From contig JALHRM010000001.1 in assembly GCA_022841445.1 (NCBI GenBank), positions 387,777 to 451,776 of the forward strand: DNA of 64,000 bases. The letters run 5' to 3'. Source of the DNA: Candidatus Saccharimonadota bacterium. GTDB lineage: Bacteria > Patescibacteriota > Saccharimonadia > Saccharimonadales > UBA10212. The position numbers and the translations under genes are program-made. This document shows positions 44,801-57,753 of this stretch, piece after piece. The number at the start of each line of letters is the position of its first letter. Position 1 is the first letter of the stretch. The notes beneath the pieces are model-generated. The model did no database searches. It worked only from the letters and a program-made list of their open reading frames with translations, and was not told the origin of the DNA.

Positions 44801-45130
44801 GCATCATATGTGCAGCCATTTGCAGCAGCTGGTACACCAGAAGAAGCAACTCCACACGCAGTTTTGACGACAAGCCCCGGTGATACCAGCGTGGCATCAG
44901 CACCGGCTCCAGACGTTTCAAATCAAACTGCACCTGAAGAACTGGTCAAGAATGAACCATCCCAGCCTGTGCCGAAGCCACAAGGTGAATGGAGTGCCTC
45001 ACTTCGAGCCGGTGATGACCATGAACACGAAGTCGATCTGAAGGCAGTAGCGTCATCCAGCAGCGCTCAGGCAGATATTGGAATCGAAATAGACACCAGT
45101 GGAAATATTCACCAAAAGGAGACCCCGTAA
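41843..45130 (+). CDS. TraD/VirD4-like (T4SS coupling-protein / FtsK-HerA superfamily) membrane ATPase with a long disordered tail
   Basis: It has an N-terminal TM segment, Walker A VVGQTGTGKSVFLEN and Walker B CLYVDEFQNF. VANQFTTQL...GNVGTMISFRVG is also present. The last approximately 330 aa are P/Q/A/S-rich. Confidence 0.7.
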   Translation: MIVAIFILFILIAIGAGGVYGYFYIRKTRREQKNYERGLKMVPLLIHIPPLSDDAEKGGRDARDLADENISKAQTLYGILASTYDKKFKSKYYGQKHIALEIVAHKGFVYFYAAVPVPMIQVFQQALVSAYPSSRLEEVADHNIFSPVGRINATTGGEMVLKENFAYPIATYQDVKRDSIQSVLNALSTLDKEDGAGIQFLLRPASPEWRKKAHSVAENKRKGKKKTKGIDAAFSGAGQVFTALTKPPENKGGGDSKPSEKPLSSLDQSIVDAIDDKTRQPGFEITIRIIASSNVSSRAVTILNNLVATFALYDAPGKNGFKYAAAKDLDHFITSYNLRIFQPENNKNILNSTELATLFHFPDQSNIPTSQLERQASKQVDGPRNIGDEGLLLGYNVFRGIKKPIRLSDDDRRRHMYVVGQTGTGKSVFLENMALQDMLSGRGFAFVDPHGDTAEKILEMVPKERTEDVIYFCPADMDYPLGLNMFEFSDNSQKDFLIQEAIDMLYKLYDPQHQGIIGPRYEAWFRNAALTIMADPEGATFIDIPNVFQDNKYMKNKLQYVKDPTVLDFWNKEMAQTSDYHKSEVLGWFVSKFGAFRSNEMMRNIIGQNKSAFDMRKIMDEGKILLVNLSKGRTGELNSKLLGMIFVMKFQAAAMSRANVLEEDRKDFCLYVDEFQNFSTDSFASILSEARKYRLNLIVANQFTTQLSDEIRDAVFGNVGTMISFRVGTADAEALVKKFQPVFDTDDLQRIPNHNTVTQMIIGGVPSQAFSMVTLPPLGNPNRQLGLALKQLSAAKHGRPKAVVEEEIFARMRSADGSGNTPSNPPGVATAAAPVAGAAPKPASSNSFLDDWLNKRKQQPAPPPQPISAAQPIGNSQPAPQQPIAQSAPPIAQPTITTPSAATSFGQPMQSSVPPVIDQPQNQAPPAVSAPQQPVQTLSPAQLTPYQPTASVPAQAPHLTPYPPSPSPLVRQEPEQKPHSAPPVTAASYVQPFAAAGTPEEATPHAVLTTSPGDTSVASAPAPDVSNQTAPEELVKNEPSQPVPKPQGEWSASLRAGDDHEHEVDLKAVASSSSAQADIGIEIDTSGNIHQKETP

Positions 45131-45223
45131 CAACTAGCAGGTGCGTTTTGAGCTACCTAAGAAAATAAGGTATAATTAAGAGGTAATTTTGATTTAGGCG
45201 ATGGGCGTCCTTATTCGATGTGA

Positions 45224-47278
<2,055 letters not shown>

Positions 47279-47280
47279 CC

Positions 47281-49863
47281 ATGGATGAAGAAGTAACAAA
47301 TCAAAACCAAGAAACAACTCATTTCCAGGACAAAGACCCTGAAACTGTGAAAGTCGATCACTCCCGCTCGCTTGAACTTCAGACTGTTGAGAATGTCATG
47401 GAAGACAGCTACCTTCGTTATTCGATGAGCGTCATTGTAGCGAGAGCCTTACCGGATGTACGTGATGGACTGAAGCCCGTCCATCGCCGGATTCTTTATA
47501 CGATGAACCGTGACGGACTGCGGAGCTCGGCCAAACACCGTAAAAGTGCTAATGTCGTTGGTGCGGTGATGGGTGACTATCACCCTCATGGTGATGCGGC
47601 AATTTATGATTCGATGGTCCGCATGGCACAACCGTGGTCTATGAGGTATCAGTTAGTTAACGGGCAGGGTAACTTCGGTAGCATGGACGGCGACCCGCCG
47701 GCTGCTATGCGATACACCGAAGCCAAGATGCACCGACTATCAGAAGAAATCCTGGTTGATATTGATAAAGATACCGTAGATTTCAGGGAAAACTACGACG
47801 GTCGCCTGCAGGAACCTTCCGTATTGCCGGCAAAATTACCAAACCTGTTGCTCAACGGTCAACTCGGTATCGCTGTAGGTATGGCAACCAACATCCCACC
47901 GCACAACATCAGTGAAATCATCGATGCTAGTATCCATATGATTGATCATCCGGACGCTACCTTAGATGAGCTTATGGAGCACGTTAAAGGTCCGGACTTC
48001 CCAACCGGCGGTATTATCTATGGCCGTGATTCAATCCGAGCGGCTTTTGCTACCGGCAGGGGCGGCGTGGTGCTGCGGGGTATTGCCGAAATTACCGAAG
48101 CCGCCAAAGGTACACGTCAACAGATTATCATTACAGAAATTCCATACGGTCTAAACAAGGCTAGTCTTATAGAAAAAATTGCCGAACTGTATAAAGACAA
48201 AAAAATTGCTGGGTTAAGTGATATTCGCGATGAAAGTGCGCGGGGTAATGTCCGGATTGTTATTGACCTTAAGAAAGACGCCTACCCTAAGAAGCTACTC
48301 AATCAGCTCTACAAGCTGACACCGCTACAGACAACCTTCCACTATAATATGTTGGCACTTATTGATGGCATCCAGCCACGTATTCTGGGGCTTGCCGACA
48401 TTATCGCCGAGCATATTAAGCATCGCCAGATTGTTGTTCGCCGGCGTACCGAGTACGAGCTTCGTAAAGCTAAAGACCGGGCTCATATTCTAGAAGGGCT
48501 TAAGATTGCACTTGATCATATTGACGAAGTCATCGCTACGATACGAGCATCTGAGACAACCGATGAAGCCCAGGCTAACTTGATCAAGAAGTTTAATTTG
48601 TCTGAACTTCAAGCCAAGGCCATCCTCGCCATGCAGCTTCGCACACTGGCAGGACTGGAGCGTAAGAAGATTGAGGACGAACTGGCTGAACTCATGAAGT
48701 TAATAGGCGAGTTAGAAGCTATCTTGGCCGATCCGAAAAAAATCTTAGCCATCATTAAGGATGAGTACAAAGAGCTTAAAAAATTATACGGTGATGAACG
48801 GCGCACTAAAGTTGTTCCACAAGAACTTGGTCGGCTTGGCGATGAAGACCTTATACCGGATGAGCAAGTTGTTGTCACGCTTACATCAGCAAACTATATA
48901 AAGCGTAGTTCCATTGCCGAATATAAGAAACAGAACCGTGGTGGTAAAGGTAAGCGCGGTATGGCTACTCGAGAAGAAGATGTCATCGATCACGTTGTAA
49001 ATGCTTCAACACATGACTACTTACTGTTCTTTACAAATAGGGGAAGAGTATTCCGTATCAAGACGTATGAAGTCCCAGCTGTTGGATTAAATGCTAAGGG
49101 TGTTGCCATTGTGAACCTCCTACAACTGCAACCAGAAGAAACCGTCAGTGCCGTTATTAATGTTAGTAAGGCGACTGAGGGTGGTTACTTGTTCATGACG
49201 ACAATCAGAGGCGTGGTAAAGAAAACGCCGTTTGAACAGTATAAAAATGTGCGCAGTAATGGACTGATCACCATTAAGTTAGATGAAGGTGATGAGCTAC
49301 GTTGGATCCGACGTACTGATGGTGATAACGAGGCTGTGATATCGACCGCTCAAGGACAGGCTATCCGCTTCCATGAAAAAGATGTCCGTGCTATGGGCAG
49401 GGTTAGTAGGGGTGTTCGTGGTATTCGACTTCGAAGTGATGATCGTGTTGTCGGTATGGATATTGTCGAGGAAGGTTCAAATATATTCGTGATAAGCGAA
49501 TTCGGTTATGGTAAGCGGACAAAAATATCACAATTTACACCTCATAAAAGAGGGGGCGTTGGCATACGTTCAGCTGTAGTGAATAAGAAAACCGGACAAT
49601 TGGTATATGTAAAATCATTGGTTGGTGAAGACCAGGAGGTTATTATAATCTCCACATCTGGCCAAACCATTCGATTGGGGCTTCAGGATATTCCGCAGCT
49701 TAGTCGTGCCACCCAAGGTGTTCGAATTATGCGCTTGAATGAATCCGATTCTGTTGCGTCGCTGGCACTCGTCGAAAAATTGCCTGATGACCCTGAAGAT
49801 GAAGTTGAGTCAGAAGTAGTGGAGGCCGACAAGCCAAAACCTAAGAAAGCAAAAGAAAGCTAA
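47281..49863 (+). CDS. gyrA: DNA gyrase subunit A
   Basis: [27 protein letters not shown] and [20 protein letters not shown] are present. C-terminal beta-pinwheel repeats follow. Confidence 0.95.
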   Translation: MDEEVTNQNQETTHFQDKDPETVKVDHSRSLELQTVENVMEDSYLRYSMSVIVARALPDVRDGLKPVHRRILYTMNRDGLRSSAKHRKSANVVGAVMGDYHPHGDAAIYDSMVRMAQPWSMRYQLVNGQGNFGSMDGDPPAAMRYTEAKMHRLSEEILVDIDKDTVDFRENYDGRLQEPSVLPAKLPNLLLNGQLGIAVGMATNIPPHNISEIIDASIHMIDHPDATLDELMEHVKGPDFPTGGIIYGRDSIRAAFATGRGGVVLRGIAEITEAAKGTRQQIIITEIPYGLNKASLIEKIAELYKDKKIAGLSDIRDESARGNVRIVIDLKKDAYPKKLLNQLYKLTPLQTTFHYNMLALIDGIQPRILGLADIIAEHIKHRQIVVRRRTEYELRKAKDRAHILEGLKIALDHIDEVIATIRASETTDEAQANLIKKFNLSELQAKAILAMQLRTLAGLERKKIEDELAELMKLIGELEAILADPKKILAIIKDEYKELKKLYGDERRTKVVPQELGRLGDEDLIPDEQVVVTLTSANYIKRSSIAEYKKQNRGGKGKRGMATREEDVIDHVVNASTHDYLLFFTNRGRVFRIKTYEVPAVGLNAKGVAIVNLLQLQPEETVSAVINVSKATEGGYLFMTTIRGVVKKTPFEQYKNVRSNGLITIKLDEGDELRWIRRTDGDNEAVISTAQGQAIRFHEKDVRAMGRVSRGVRGIRLRSDDRVVGMDIVEEGSNIFVISEFGYGKRTKISQFTPHKRGGVGIRSAVVNKKTGQLVYVKSLVGEDQEVIIISTSGQTIRLGLQDIPQLSRATQGVRIMRLNESDSVASLALVEKLPDDPEDEVESEVVEADKPKPKKAKES

Positions 49864-49876
49864 GGTCTGAAGGCAT

Positions 49877-50302
49877 ATGGAGCAGTACATTTATATCATC
49901 GCTCCGACGGCTGGGTGGGCGGTTGCCCAGGGGCTCAAAGTGCTGTTTGATCTGAGAAGAGACGGTTTCCAGCTACTTGATGCCTTGGCATCTGGCGGCA
50001 TGCCAAGCTCACACTCCGCCGCTTCTGCTGCCCTGGCCACAGTTATTGGTATAACCCAGGGAATTGAATCAGTTTACTTTGGTTTAGCACTGACGCTTGC
50101 GGCAGTCATTATGTATGATTCGCTCGGTGTTCGTCGTACGACTGGCGAAAATACCCTATCTATTCGCGCCCTAGAATCCAAAGCAGGCATAAAGAGTAAG
50201 CAACGAGTGCATTTTGGCACTAAAGGTCATACGCCGCTGGAGGTTGTGGCGGGCGGTTTTGCGGGACTTTCGGTAGGTGTTATCCTGACAATATTGTTGT
50301 AA
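49877..50302 (+). CDS. divergent PAP2 (DUF212) family membrane protein
   Basis: GGMPSSHSAASAALATVIG and MYDSLGVRRTTGE are present. Confidence 0.7.
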   Translation: MEQYIYIIAPTAGWAVAQGLKVLFDLRRDGFQLLDALASGGMPSSHSAASAALATVIGITQGIESVYFGLALTLAAVIMYDSLGVRRTTGENTLSIRALESKAGIKSKQRVHFGTKGHTPLEVVAGGFAGLSVGVILTILL

Positions 50303-50337
50303 AAAATTATATGCAGTAGCGAAAAGCTTATTATCCG

Positions 50338-50366
50338 TTGACAACAGTAACGGTGCGGGGTACAAT
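50338..50366 (+). promoter_or_regulatory. consensus sigma70 promoter of the 16S rRNA gene
   Basis: TTGACA (50338-50343), a 17-nt spacer and TACAAT (50361-50366). Confidence 0.75.
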
Positions 50367-50419
50367 TGACTTCAATGTTTGTGAAGAGTCGTTTTTAAGG
50401 CGCTCTAAAAAACAGGACT

Positions 50420-50450
50420 TTAAAAATTTAGATAGTGCAAATCAACGTCA
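50420..50450 (+). other. 5' strand of the 16S processing stem
   Basis: TTAAAAATTTAGATAGTGCAAATCAACGTCA pairs over about 29 bp with 52309-52340 (TGACGTTTGATCTGCACTATCTAGATTTTTAA). Confidence 0.7.
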
Positions 50451-50569
50451 GTTCATTAGCACCATTTTTGGTGCGTTTGAATTGTTTTTTTCGAACAGAG
50501 CAATCTGTTCATATAAGTCAGTGTAACTTTAACTAGTTACATGTTCGATCTTAGTCAATAACAAATTCT

Positions 50570-52169
<1,600 letters not shown>

Positions 52170-52308
52170 CTAGGGAGAAACTAAGCAAAGAAATGACATT
52201 AGTCGTTTCGGAAGCTAGTCGATACTGATACGCTGGTTTCGGAAAGTAAGAGCTTGCCAGCATATATCTCCTTTAAGGAGACAGTACTAAGTTCTTCTCG
52301 TATATGAT

Positions 52309-52340
52309 TGACGTTTGATCTGCACTATCTAGATTTTTAA
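52309..52340 (+). other. 3' strand of the 16S processing stem
   Basis: It is complementary to 50420-50450. Confidence 0.7.
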
Positions 52341-52345
52341 GGGAA

Positions 52346-52377
52346 GCCACTCTGGCATAAGGAGTGGCTTTTTATTT
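52346..52377 (+). terminator. intrinsic terminator directly after the 16S unit
   Basis: GCCACTC-TGGCATAAG-GAGTGGC followed by TTTTTATTT. Confidence 0.75.
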
Positions 52378-52404
52378 ACCGAAACTTATTTGGTAGTTCT
52401 ATGT

Positions 52405-52433
52405 TTGGCGACGACGTTTGTTAGGAGTAATAT
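52405..52433 (+). promoter_or_regulatory. promoter giving a leaderless mRNA for the 1123-aa exoprotein
   Basis: TTGGCG (52405-52410), a 17-nt spacer, TAATAT (52428-52433), then 6 nt and ATG 52440. Confidence 0.5.
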
Positions 52434-52439
52434 CTAAGT

Positions 52440-55400
52440 ATGCTTAAGCGCTTAGCGCGTCGGTCTAAAGACGCCAGCAAAAACAATAAAGCGACCAAGA
52501 AACCGGCTATTAAAAATCAGCTTTCTTATGAAGAGGCTAAAGCCCGCAAGTTATTCCATAGCACGCCGGTTTGGGTTAGTGTCGTTGTGGTGCTACTTTT
52601 TAGTTCGTTCACTCTGTATAAAATAGCTGAAAATATTGGATCATCAGAAGCGGCTATACTCTTCAATGCTGATTATGAAAATGGTACTCAAACACCGCCT
52701 TGGGGCGGAGGGCAGTGTATAGCATCTTGGAGTTGTACGGTGTCTACTAACGCACCGCGGGAAGGTCGCTACTCGGCACGCTATGAAGTACGGGATGGTG
52801 ACTGTCCGGTAACGGGAGACAGGTGCTATGGTGAGCGCGCCGAAAGGCAGGGTGGTAGTGCGCCGAGTAGTGCTGAGGGGCAAGACCGCTGGTACAAATG
52901 GAGTATGAAGCTGGAAAACGGCTTTCCTAACAGTTCCGGCTGGCAGATACTTGGCCAGTGGCATTCCACCGGCAATGGACCTCCACCAGTAGAAATGAAC
53001 CTTTCTGGTCGTAATATCATGTTGCAAATAAACAAAGCTCGATTTGCTGGTGACACTAATCCTCCGGCGACTTTCCCTTGGCAGTACACTCTGCAGACTG
53101 GTCAGTGGTATGACTTCAAGTTCCATATTAAGTGGTCGGCTGGCGGGGCTGGGTTAGTCGAAGTCTGGGTGAACGGTCAAAAGCGTCCTACGTATACAGG
53201 TGCGACACTGCGGCCAAATGAAGGAACTTACTTTAAGCAGGGCTACTACCGTTGTACTTGTGTTAATGGAACAGGAATCGTTTACTACGATAATGTTCGA
53301 GCAACAACTACTGAGGCAGAACTTGGGGCAGGCGCGAGCACTCCAAGCCCCACTCCCACCCCAACACCGACTCCAACGCCTAGCCCCACCCCCACCCCAA
53401 CACAGCCATCCGACAGAGTGACTGTCGAAACTGCCCTAAGGAGTTTGACTGTACCGTGGGCGATGGAATTTACAAAAGACGGGCGGTATATGTACTTTAC
53501 GGAGCGGCCTGGACGCATCCGGGTTGCTGAACGGGGGGCGAACGGACAGCTAACGTTGAAACCCACTATCGCGACAGTCCCGGTAGGAAGTTCCGGTAAC
53601 GAAGAAGGCTTGCAGGGCATAGCACTTGACCCTAACTTTGCCAGTAACGGCTACCTCTACGTATATTATTCGATTAACACATCAAGCGGGAAGGGTAATC
53701 GCCTGGCTCGCTACACCGTGAATCAGTCGAATTTTACGGCCGGCTCACCAGTGACGCTGATTGATAATATCCCTGGCTACCAGTTCCATGATGGCGGACG
53801 CATTAAGTTTGGGCCTGATGGCTACCTCTATGTTGCGACGGGTGATGCTTCTGATAATGGCAGCCAAAACAGCCGTATCGCTCAAAATCTAGACTCACTA
53901 GGGGGTAAAATCTTGCGTATCCGGCCAACACCTGGCAACCTCACTCCGCTAGATAATCCATTCGGTACCACCGGCAATCGGTCGTTAGTATGGAGCTATG
54001 GTCACCGTAACCCTCAGGGTCTGGCCTGGAACCCGGTCAATAATGAAATGTGGGCAACGGAGCATGGACCAACTGGTACACCATGCTGTACTGACGAGGT
54101 TAATCGCATCGTGAAAGGTGGTAACTACGGCTGGCCAAAATTCTATGGAACTAACTCAAATTCTAATTTCTCGACTCAGTTCACCAATCTCACTTTGTCC
54201 AACACTATCGCTCCAGTTCGGTCTAGCGGTTCAGGAATTTGGGCTCCCGGTGGAGCCACTTTCTATGCAGGCAATCAGCTTACGGGGAATTGGAAGAATA
54301 GCCTGATGTTCACAGGTCTTGGTATTCAGGGGCGCACTGGTGCGCGGGCGTTATACAGGCTTAACTTAAATACCGATCAGCGTACGGTTCGTAGTATTGA
54401 AGAACTTTATAAGAACCAGTTTGGCCGAATACGTGACGTTATCCAAGCACCTGATGGGTCACTGTATCTGGCGACCAGTAACCGTGATGGACGGGGGAGT
54501 CCAACTAGCGATGATGACAGGATTATACGGCTAAAACCGGATGCTGTTATCCAAACTCCGACCCCGACACCTACGCCGACTCCCGTTCCAACTCCTACTC
54601 CCACGCCTCCAGCTCCGACCCCGACACCTACGCCGACTCCAGTCCCCATTCCACCGCAGAAACCACCGGTATCTATTCCTAAAGTGTTCCTTTCTACCAC
54701 TGCTGCCTCGGTGAATGTCGGACAATCTGTCAATTTATCATGGACTTCTACCGATAGTCCTACTAGCTGCAGGGCTTCTGGAGATTGGACTGGTACTAAA
54801 TCAGTTTCTGGTTCTCAAGCAACCGGAGCGCTTACTAACGTAAAAACGTACACCTACACAATTACCTGCAGCAATACAGCCGGAACAGCGAGCGCTTCGC
54901 GGTCAGTTATCGTCATACCAAGCAAACCGGTAGTTACATTACGCAGTTCATCTAGTTCTGTTACAGTCGGTCAATCCGTTAATTTATCATGGACTGCCAC
55001 TAATAACCCTACAAGTTGTACGGCCACAGGTGACTGGAGCGGCGTAAGGGCGGGTAACGGCGCACAGTCTAGCGGCGCACTAATAGCCGCGCGCGCTCAC
55101 ACATATACGATTACTTGCGTAAATGCGGGGGGCACAGGCAGCGCAGCGCTCTCTGTAAATGCTCGCGCAGTCGGTATCGCTACACCAACCATCCAAAAAC
55201 CAACCGTTAAATTGACGGCGACTCCAACTACGCTAAACAGTGGTCAAAAATCAATCCTGCAGTGGTCTACAGGTAATAATCCGTCTTCTTGTACAGCATC
55301 TGGTGATTGGAGCGGCACAAAATCTACCTCCAACGGCAGTCAGGGAACTGGCGCACTTACTTCTGGAAAAACGTATACCTTAACATGTACTAACGCCGGA

Positions 55401-55811
55401 GGCAGTACATCGGCATCAACATCGGTGTCTATAGTAGCTATTGCTGATAATGGAGCGGTAACCGTTAATGAGACTCCCGTACCGGGCTTAAGTGCACTAA
55501 GTCCTGCCCAGGTGAGCGACTCTGACCAGTCGACAATATCCGATAGTATTGAGCAGTACGGCGGTGATGCGGTAACAGAGGGCAGCCTCGAAGGAGAATC
55601 AAAGCAGAGTGGTTCCGCTATAAAGACGGTTGCCGTAACAGGTAGTATCTTATTGGCGCTCTCAGCCGCGGCAGTGGCATTTCTGGCGCTTCGCGCTAGA
55701 ATGGGCAGCCGTATGATGTCAGACAGCATTGTCACCGGTAATCATCAGGAAGTAGTCTACCCCGAAAATCAGAACATCGACGTGTTTGGTAATACCCACG
55801 ATAAAAAATAG
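52440..55811 (+). CDS. membrane-anchored multidomain exoprotein: lyase-type jelly-roll domain, PQQ-type sugar dehydrogenase beta-propeller and 3 Ig-like repeats
   Basis: It starts with an N-terminal TM segment. The jelly-roll domain shows YSARYEVRDGD...RWYKWSM...GQWH..GPPPVEMNL and is followed by a PT linker. The sorbosone/glucose dehydrogenase motifs are GLQGIALDPNF, FHDGGRIKFGPDGYLYV, GHRNPQGLAW and GGNYGWP. A second PT linker precedes three repeats of about 100 aa (VGQSVNLSWT...SC.A.GDW.G...YT.TC.N..G). The protein ends in a C-terminal TM segment. Confidence 0.75.
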   Translation: MLKRLARRSKDASKNNKATKKPAIKNQLSYEEAKARKLFHSTPVWVSVVVVLLFSSFTLYKIAENIGSSEAAILFNADYENGTQTPPWGGGQCIASWSCTVSTNAPREGRYSARYEVRDGDCPVTGDRCYGERAERQGGSAPSSAEGQDRWYKWSMKLENGFPNSSGWQILGQWHSTGNGPPPVEMNLSGRNIMLQINKARFAGDTNPPATFPWQYTLQTGQWYDFKFHIKWSAGGAGLVEVWVNGQKRPTYTGATLRPNEGTYFKQGYYRCTCVNGTGIVYYDNVRATTTEAELGAGASTPSPTPTPTPTPTPSPTPTPTQPSDRVTVETALRSLTVPWAMEFTKDGRYMYFTERPGRIRVAERGANGQLTLKPTIATVPVGSSGNEEGLQGIALDPNFASNGYLYVYYSINTSSGKGNRLARYTVNQSNFTAGSPVTLIDNIPGYQFHDGGRIKFGPDGYLYVATGDASDNGSQNSRIAQNLDSLGGKILRIRPTPGNLTPLDNPFGTTGNRSLVWSYGHRNPQGLAWNPVNNEMWATEHGPTGTPCCTDEVNRIVKGGNYGWPKFYGTNSNSNFSTQFTNLTLSNTIAPVRSSGSGIWAPGGATFYAGNQLTGNWKNSLMFTGLGIQGRTGARALYRLNLNTDQRTVRSIEELYKNQFGRIRDVIQAPDGSLYLATSNRDGRGSPTSDDDRIIRLKPDAVIQTPTPTPTPTPVPTPTPTPPAPTPTPTPTPVPIPPQKPPVSIPKVFLSTTAASVNVGQSVNLSWTSTDSPTSCRASGDWTGTKSVSGSQATGALTNVKTYTYTITCSNTAGTASASRSVIVIPSKPVVTLRSSSSSVTVGQSVNLSWTATNNPTSCTATGDWSGVRAGNGAQSSGALIAARAHTYTITCVNAGGTGSAALSVNARAVGIATPTIQKPTVKLTATPTTLNSGQKSILQWSTGNNPSSCTASGDWSGTKSTSNGSQGTGALTSGKTYTLTCTNAGGSTSASTSVSIVAIADNGAVTVNETPVPGLSALSPAQVSDSDQSTISDSIEQYGGDAVTEGSLEGESKQSGSAIKTVAVTGSILLALSAAAVAFLALRARMGSRMMSDSIVTGNHQEVVYPENQNIDVFGNTHDKK

Positions 55812-55947
55812 CCAAGCATCCTCAGTATTTTGCCGGGAAGAGAAATAGTTGATTAAAAAAGTTCACTGTAGTAAGTTATAAGCGTAAACGTAATCGGGAG
55901 CAGTCGGCGTCGTAAGCGTCGCATCATGCTGCCAAAAAGGGGGTGGA

Positions 55948-56574
55948 ATGGTTAAGAACATTATTAAACTCGGAGCTGTGCTTGGCGTGAGCTTAGCATT
56001 GAGTGGCTCCGTTGCATTAGCCGAGGGTACGGATAATGGTGACGGTGGTAGCAACCCACAAGCGCTAAGTATTTATAACACTGGTCCGTGGTCGAAAAAC
56101 AAAATTGTCGTCAAAGATGTTAACAAGTGCAAAGTGAAGAATGTTAACAACGTTGGTGTTGGTAACAGCACTACACAAAAGGCCAAAACCGGTAAGGCTA
56201 AAGTAGCCAAAAATACCACCGGAGGCAATGCTACAAGCGGTAATGCTCTAAATGATAACCTGACAACTGTGGGCGTTGATCTTACTAACAGTGCGACTAC
56301 GGGCGACTGTAGTTGTGGCTGTGAGGGTAGTGGTCTACAGGGCGCATCTATAGGCAATACTGGTCCAGGTTCATGGAACACTATCTACGGCGGTACCGTG
56401 AACAAGCAGTTAGTTGTGAACAAAAACAATGTATCGGTTGGCAATTCGACCAGTCAGTACGCTAAAAGCGGTGATGCAAGCGTCTACAAAAACACCACCG
56501 GCGGTGATGCTACCAGTGGCGATGCCGAAAACATCAACACAACTGATGTAACTATCAGTATTTCGAACAATTAG
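55948..56574 (+). CDS. secreted NTTGG-repeat protein (2 repeat units, Cys-rich linker)
   Basis: The signal peptide ends in ..SVALA. Two units of NTGPxSxN...VxNxNNVxVGNSTxQxAKxGxAxVxKNTTGGxATSGxAxN are joined by GDCSCGCEG. It has a strong SD and its own terminator. Confidence 0.75.
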   Translation: MVKNIIKLGAVLGVSLALSGSVALAEGTDNGDGGSNPQALSIYNTGPWSKNKIVVKDVNKCKVKNVNNVGVGNSTTQKAKTGKAKVAKNTTGGNATSGNALNDNLTTVGVDLTNSATTGDCSCGCEGSGLQGASIGNTGPGSWNTIYGGTVNKQLVVNKNNVSVGNSTSQYAKSGDASVYKNTTGGDATSGDAENINTTDVTISISNN

Positions 56575-56593
56575 AACCCCTCGGTTTTAGTAA

Positions 56594-56625
56594 AGACCAG
56601 CCTTTATCTGAGGCTGGTCTTTTTA
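56594..56625 (+). terminator. intrinsic terminator
   Basis: AGACCAGCCT-TTATCTG-AGGCTGGTCT followed by TTTTT. Confidence 0.75.
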
Positions 56626-56659
56626 TGCGGGGTATAATGAGGTAGTCAAGGAGATATTC

Positions 56660-57460
56660 ATGCCTACCGATGATCAAAACAATCTACTGAAGCAGCCTGT
56701 TAATCTACCGGATCAGCCGACTCCAAATCATGCAAAAAACTCAAAGAAAGCCAACAAATTCCTAAATAAAAAAACCTACCTAATCGGGGCAATCGGCCTC
56801 GTGTTGCTAGGTGCAGGGGCCGCGTTTCTACAAACTCGAGATTCTTCAAGCTCGCAAGCAGATTCATCACCTCAACCGACTCAGGCCGCGGATCAACCCG
56901 CTACTAAGAGTGATGTGCCGGTTGCGGGGCAAACTAGAGTATTTACTAGTGATATTTTGGGGTTAGAGATCAAGCACCCTTCTTCTTGGTCAGTGACCGA
57001 CAAAGATGGGGGGATCTTTATTGCCTCGCCCGAGTTTACGTACGAGACACCCGAGGGCGTTAGTACCGCTGGTAGTTTTATTGTTTATATCCGTCAGGGC
57101 GCTCGGGATATCGACGGCAAGTACATCGGTCGAGGCTACGCCGTTCAGCCATCAGAAATACTCGTTTATACCAATCCCGGCAACGACCAAAGGAAAGACA
57201 CTAACTTTACTCAGTTTGGCTTTGATGAGAGCGATAACTTCGGATTCTTCATGGTGACGGGGGACTTTAGTTTGAATAAAGATGAGACCCTTGGGCCAAA
57301 CTACGGTCGTGAGCCGGATACCTACGTCATCGTTGGTGGTTTCGGAGCTAAATCTCAGGCCGATGCACTTGGATTTAATAGCGTGCCCCTTGCTAACTAT
57401 CAGAGTACCAATGCCTACAAACAGGCTGTCGACATAATCAAATCCATCAAACTCAATTAA
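56660..57460 (+). CDS. membrane-anchored extracytoplasmic protein (266 aa), function unknown
   Basis: An AAGGAG SD and an N-terminal TM segment (YLIGAIGLVLLGAGAAFL) are present. An S/Q-rich linker and a globular domain follow. Confidence 0.55.
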   Translation: MPTDDQNNLLKQPVNLPDQPTPNHAKNSKKANKFLNKKTYLIGAIGLVLLGAGAAFLQTRDSSSSQADSSPQPTQAADQPATKSDVPVAGQTRVFTSDILGLEIKHPSSWSVTDKDGGIFIASPEFTYETPEGVSTAGSFIVYIRQGARDIDGKYIGRGYAVQPSEILVYTNPGNDQRKDTNFTQFGFDESDNFGFFMVTGDFSLNKDETLGPNYGREPDTYVIVGGFGAKSQADALGFNSVPLANYQSTNAYKQAVDIIKSIKLN

Positions 57461-57483
57461 AAAAGACCACTTTTAGGTGGTCT
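57459..57483 (-). terminator. probable terminator of the minus-strand tRNA-Ala/tRNA-Ile unit
   Basis: The minus strand reads AGACCAC-CTAAAA-GTGGTCT followed by TTTTT. Confidence 0.5.
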
Positions 57484-57487
57484 AAAC

Positions 57488-57508
57488 TGGTGGGGCTGGG
57501 AGGACTTT
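57488..57508 (-). pseudogene. tRNA 3'-end-like fragment
   Basis: The reverse complement AAAGTCCTCCCAGCCCCACCA looks like a T-loop/T-stem 3' half plus acceptor plus CCA. No 5' partner is present. Confidence 0.45.
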
Positions 57509-57624
57509 GGGCCACCAACCCATCAATTACTCAAAAGCAATTAATGTTTTCCTTGCCTGGCCTTAATAAGAAGATTTATCTTCGAACAAGCAAGCTAATT
57601 CGTCATTAGTAAACAACTATTTAA

Positions 57625-57701
57625 TGGTGGGGTTACCAGGACTCGAACCTGGGACCTCGTCATTATCAGTGACGCGCTCTAACCAGCTGAGCTATAACCC
57701 C
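57625..57701 (-). tRNA. tRNA-Ile(GAT)
   Basis: The reverse complement is GGGGTTATAGCTCAGCTGGTTAGAGCGCGTCACTGATAATGACGAGGTCCCAGGTTCGAGTCCTGGTAACCCCACCA. Confidence 0.9.
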
Positions 57702-57753
57702 TTATATATTCATGTTGTTAATAGTTTGTTTAAAATTGCCTGGAGGCAATTTC

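Noticed and set aside
53340-54660. CCNAC(N)-type short tandem repeats at about 53340-53400 and 54550-54650, considered as a CRISPR array or satellite
   Set aside because: They are in frame within the 1123-aa ORF and encode (P/T/S)n interdomain linkers. There is no repeat-spacer periodicity.
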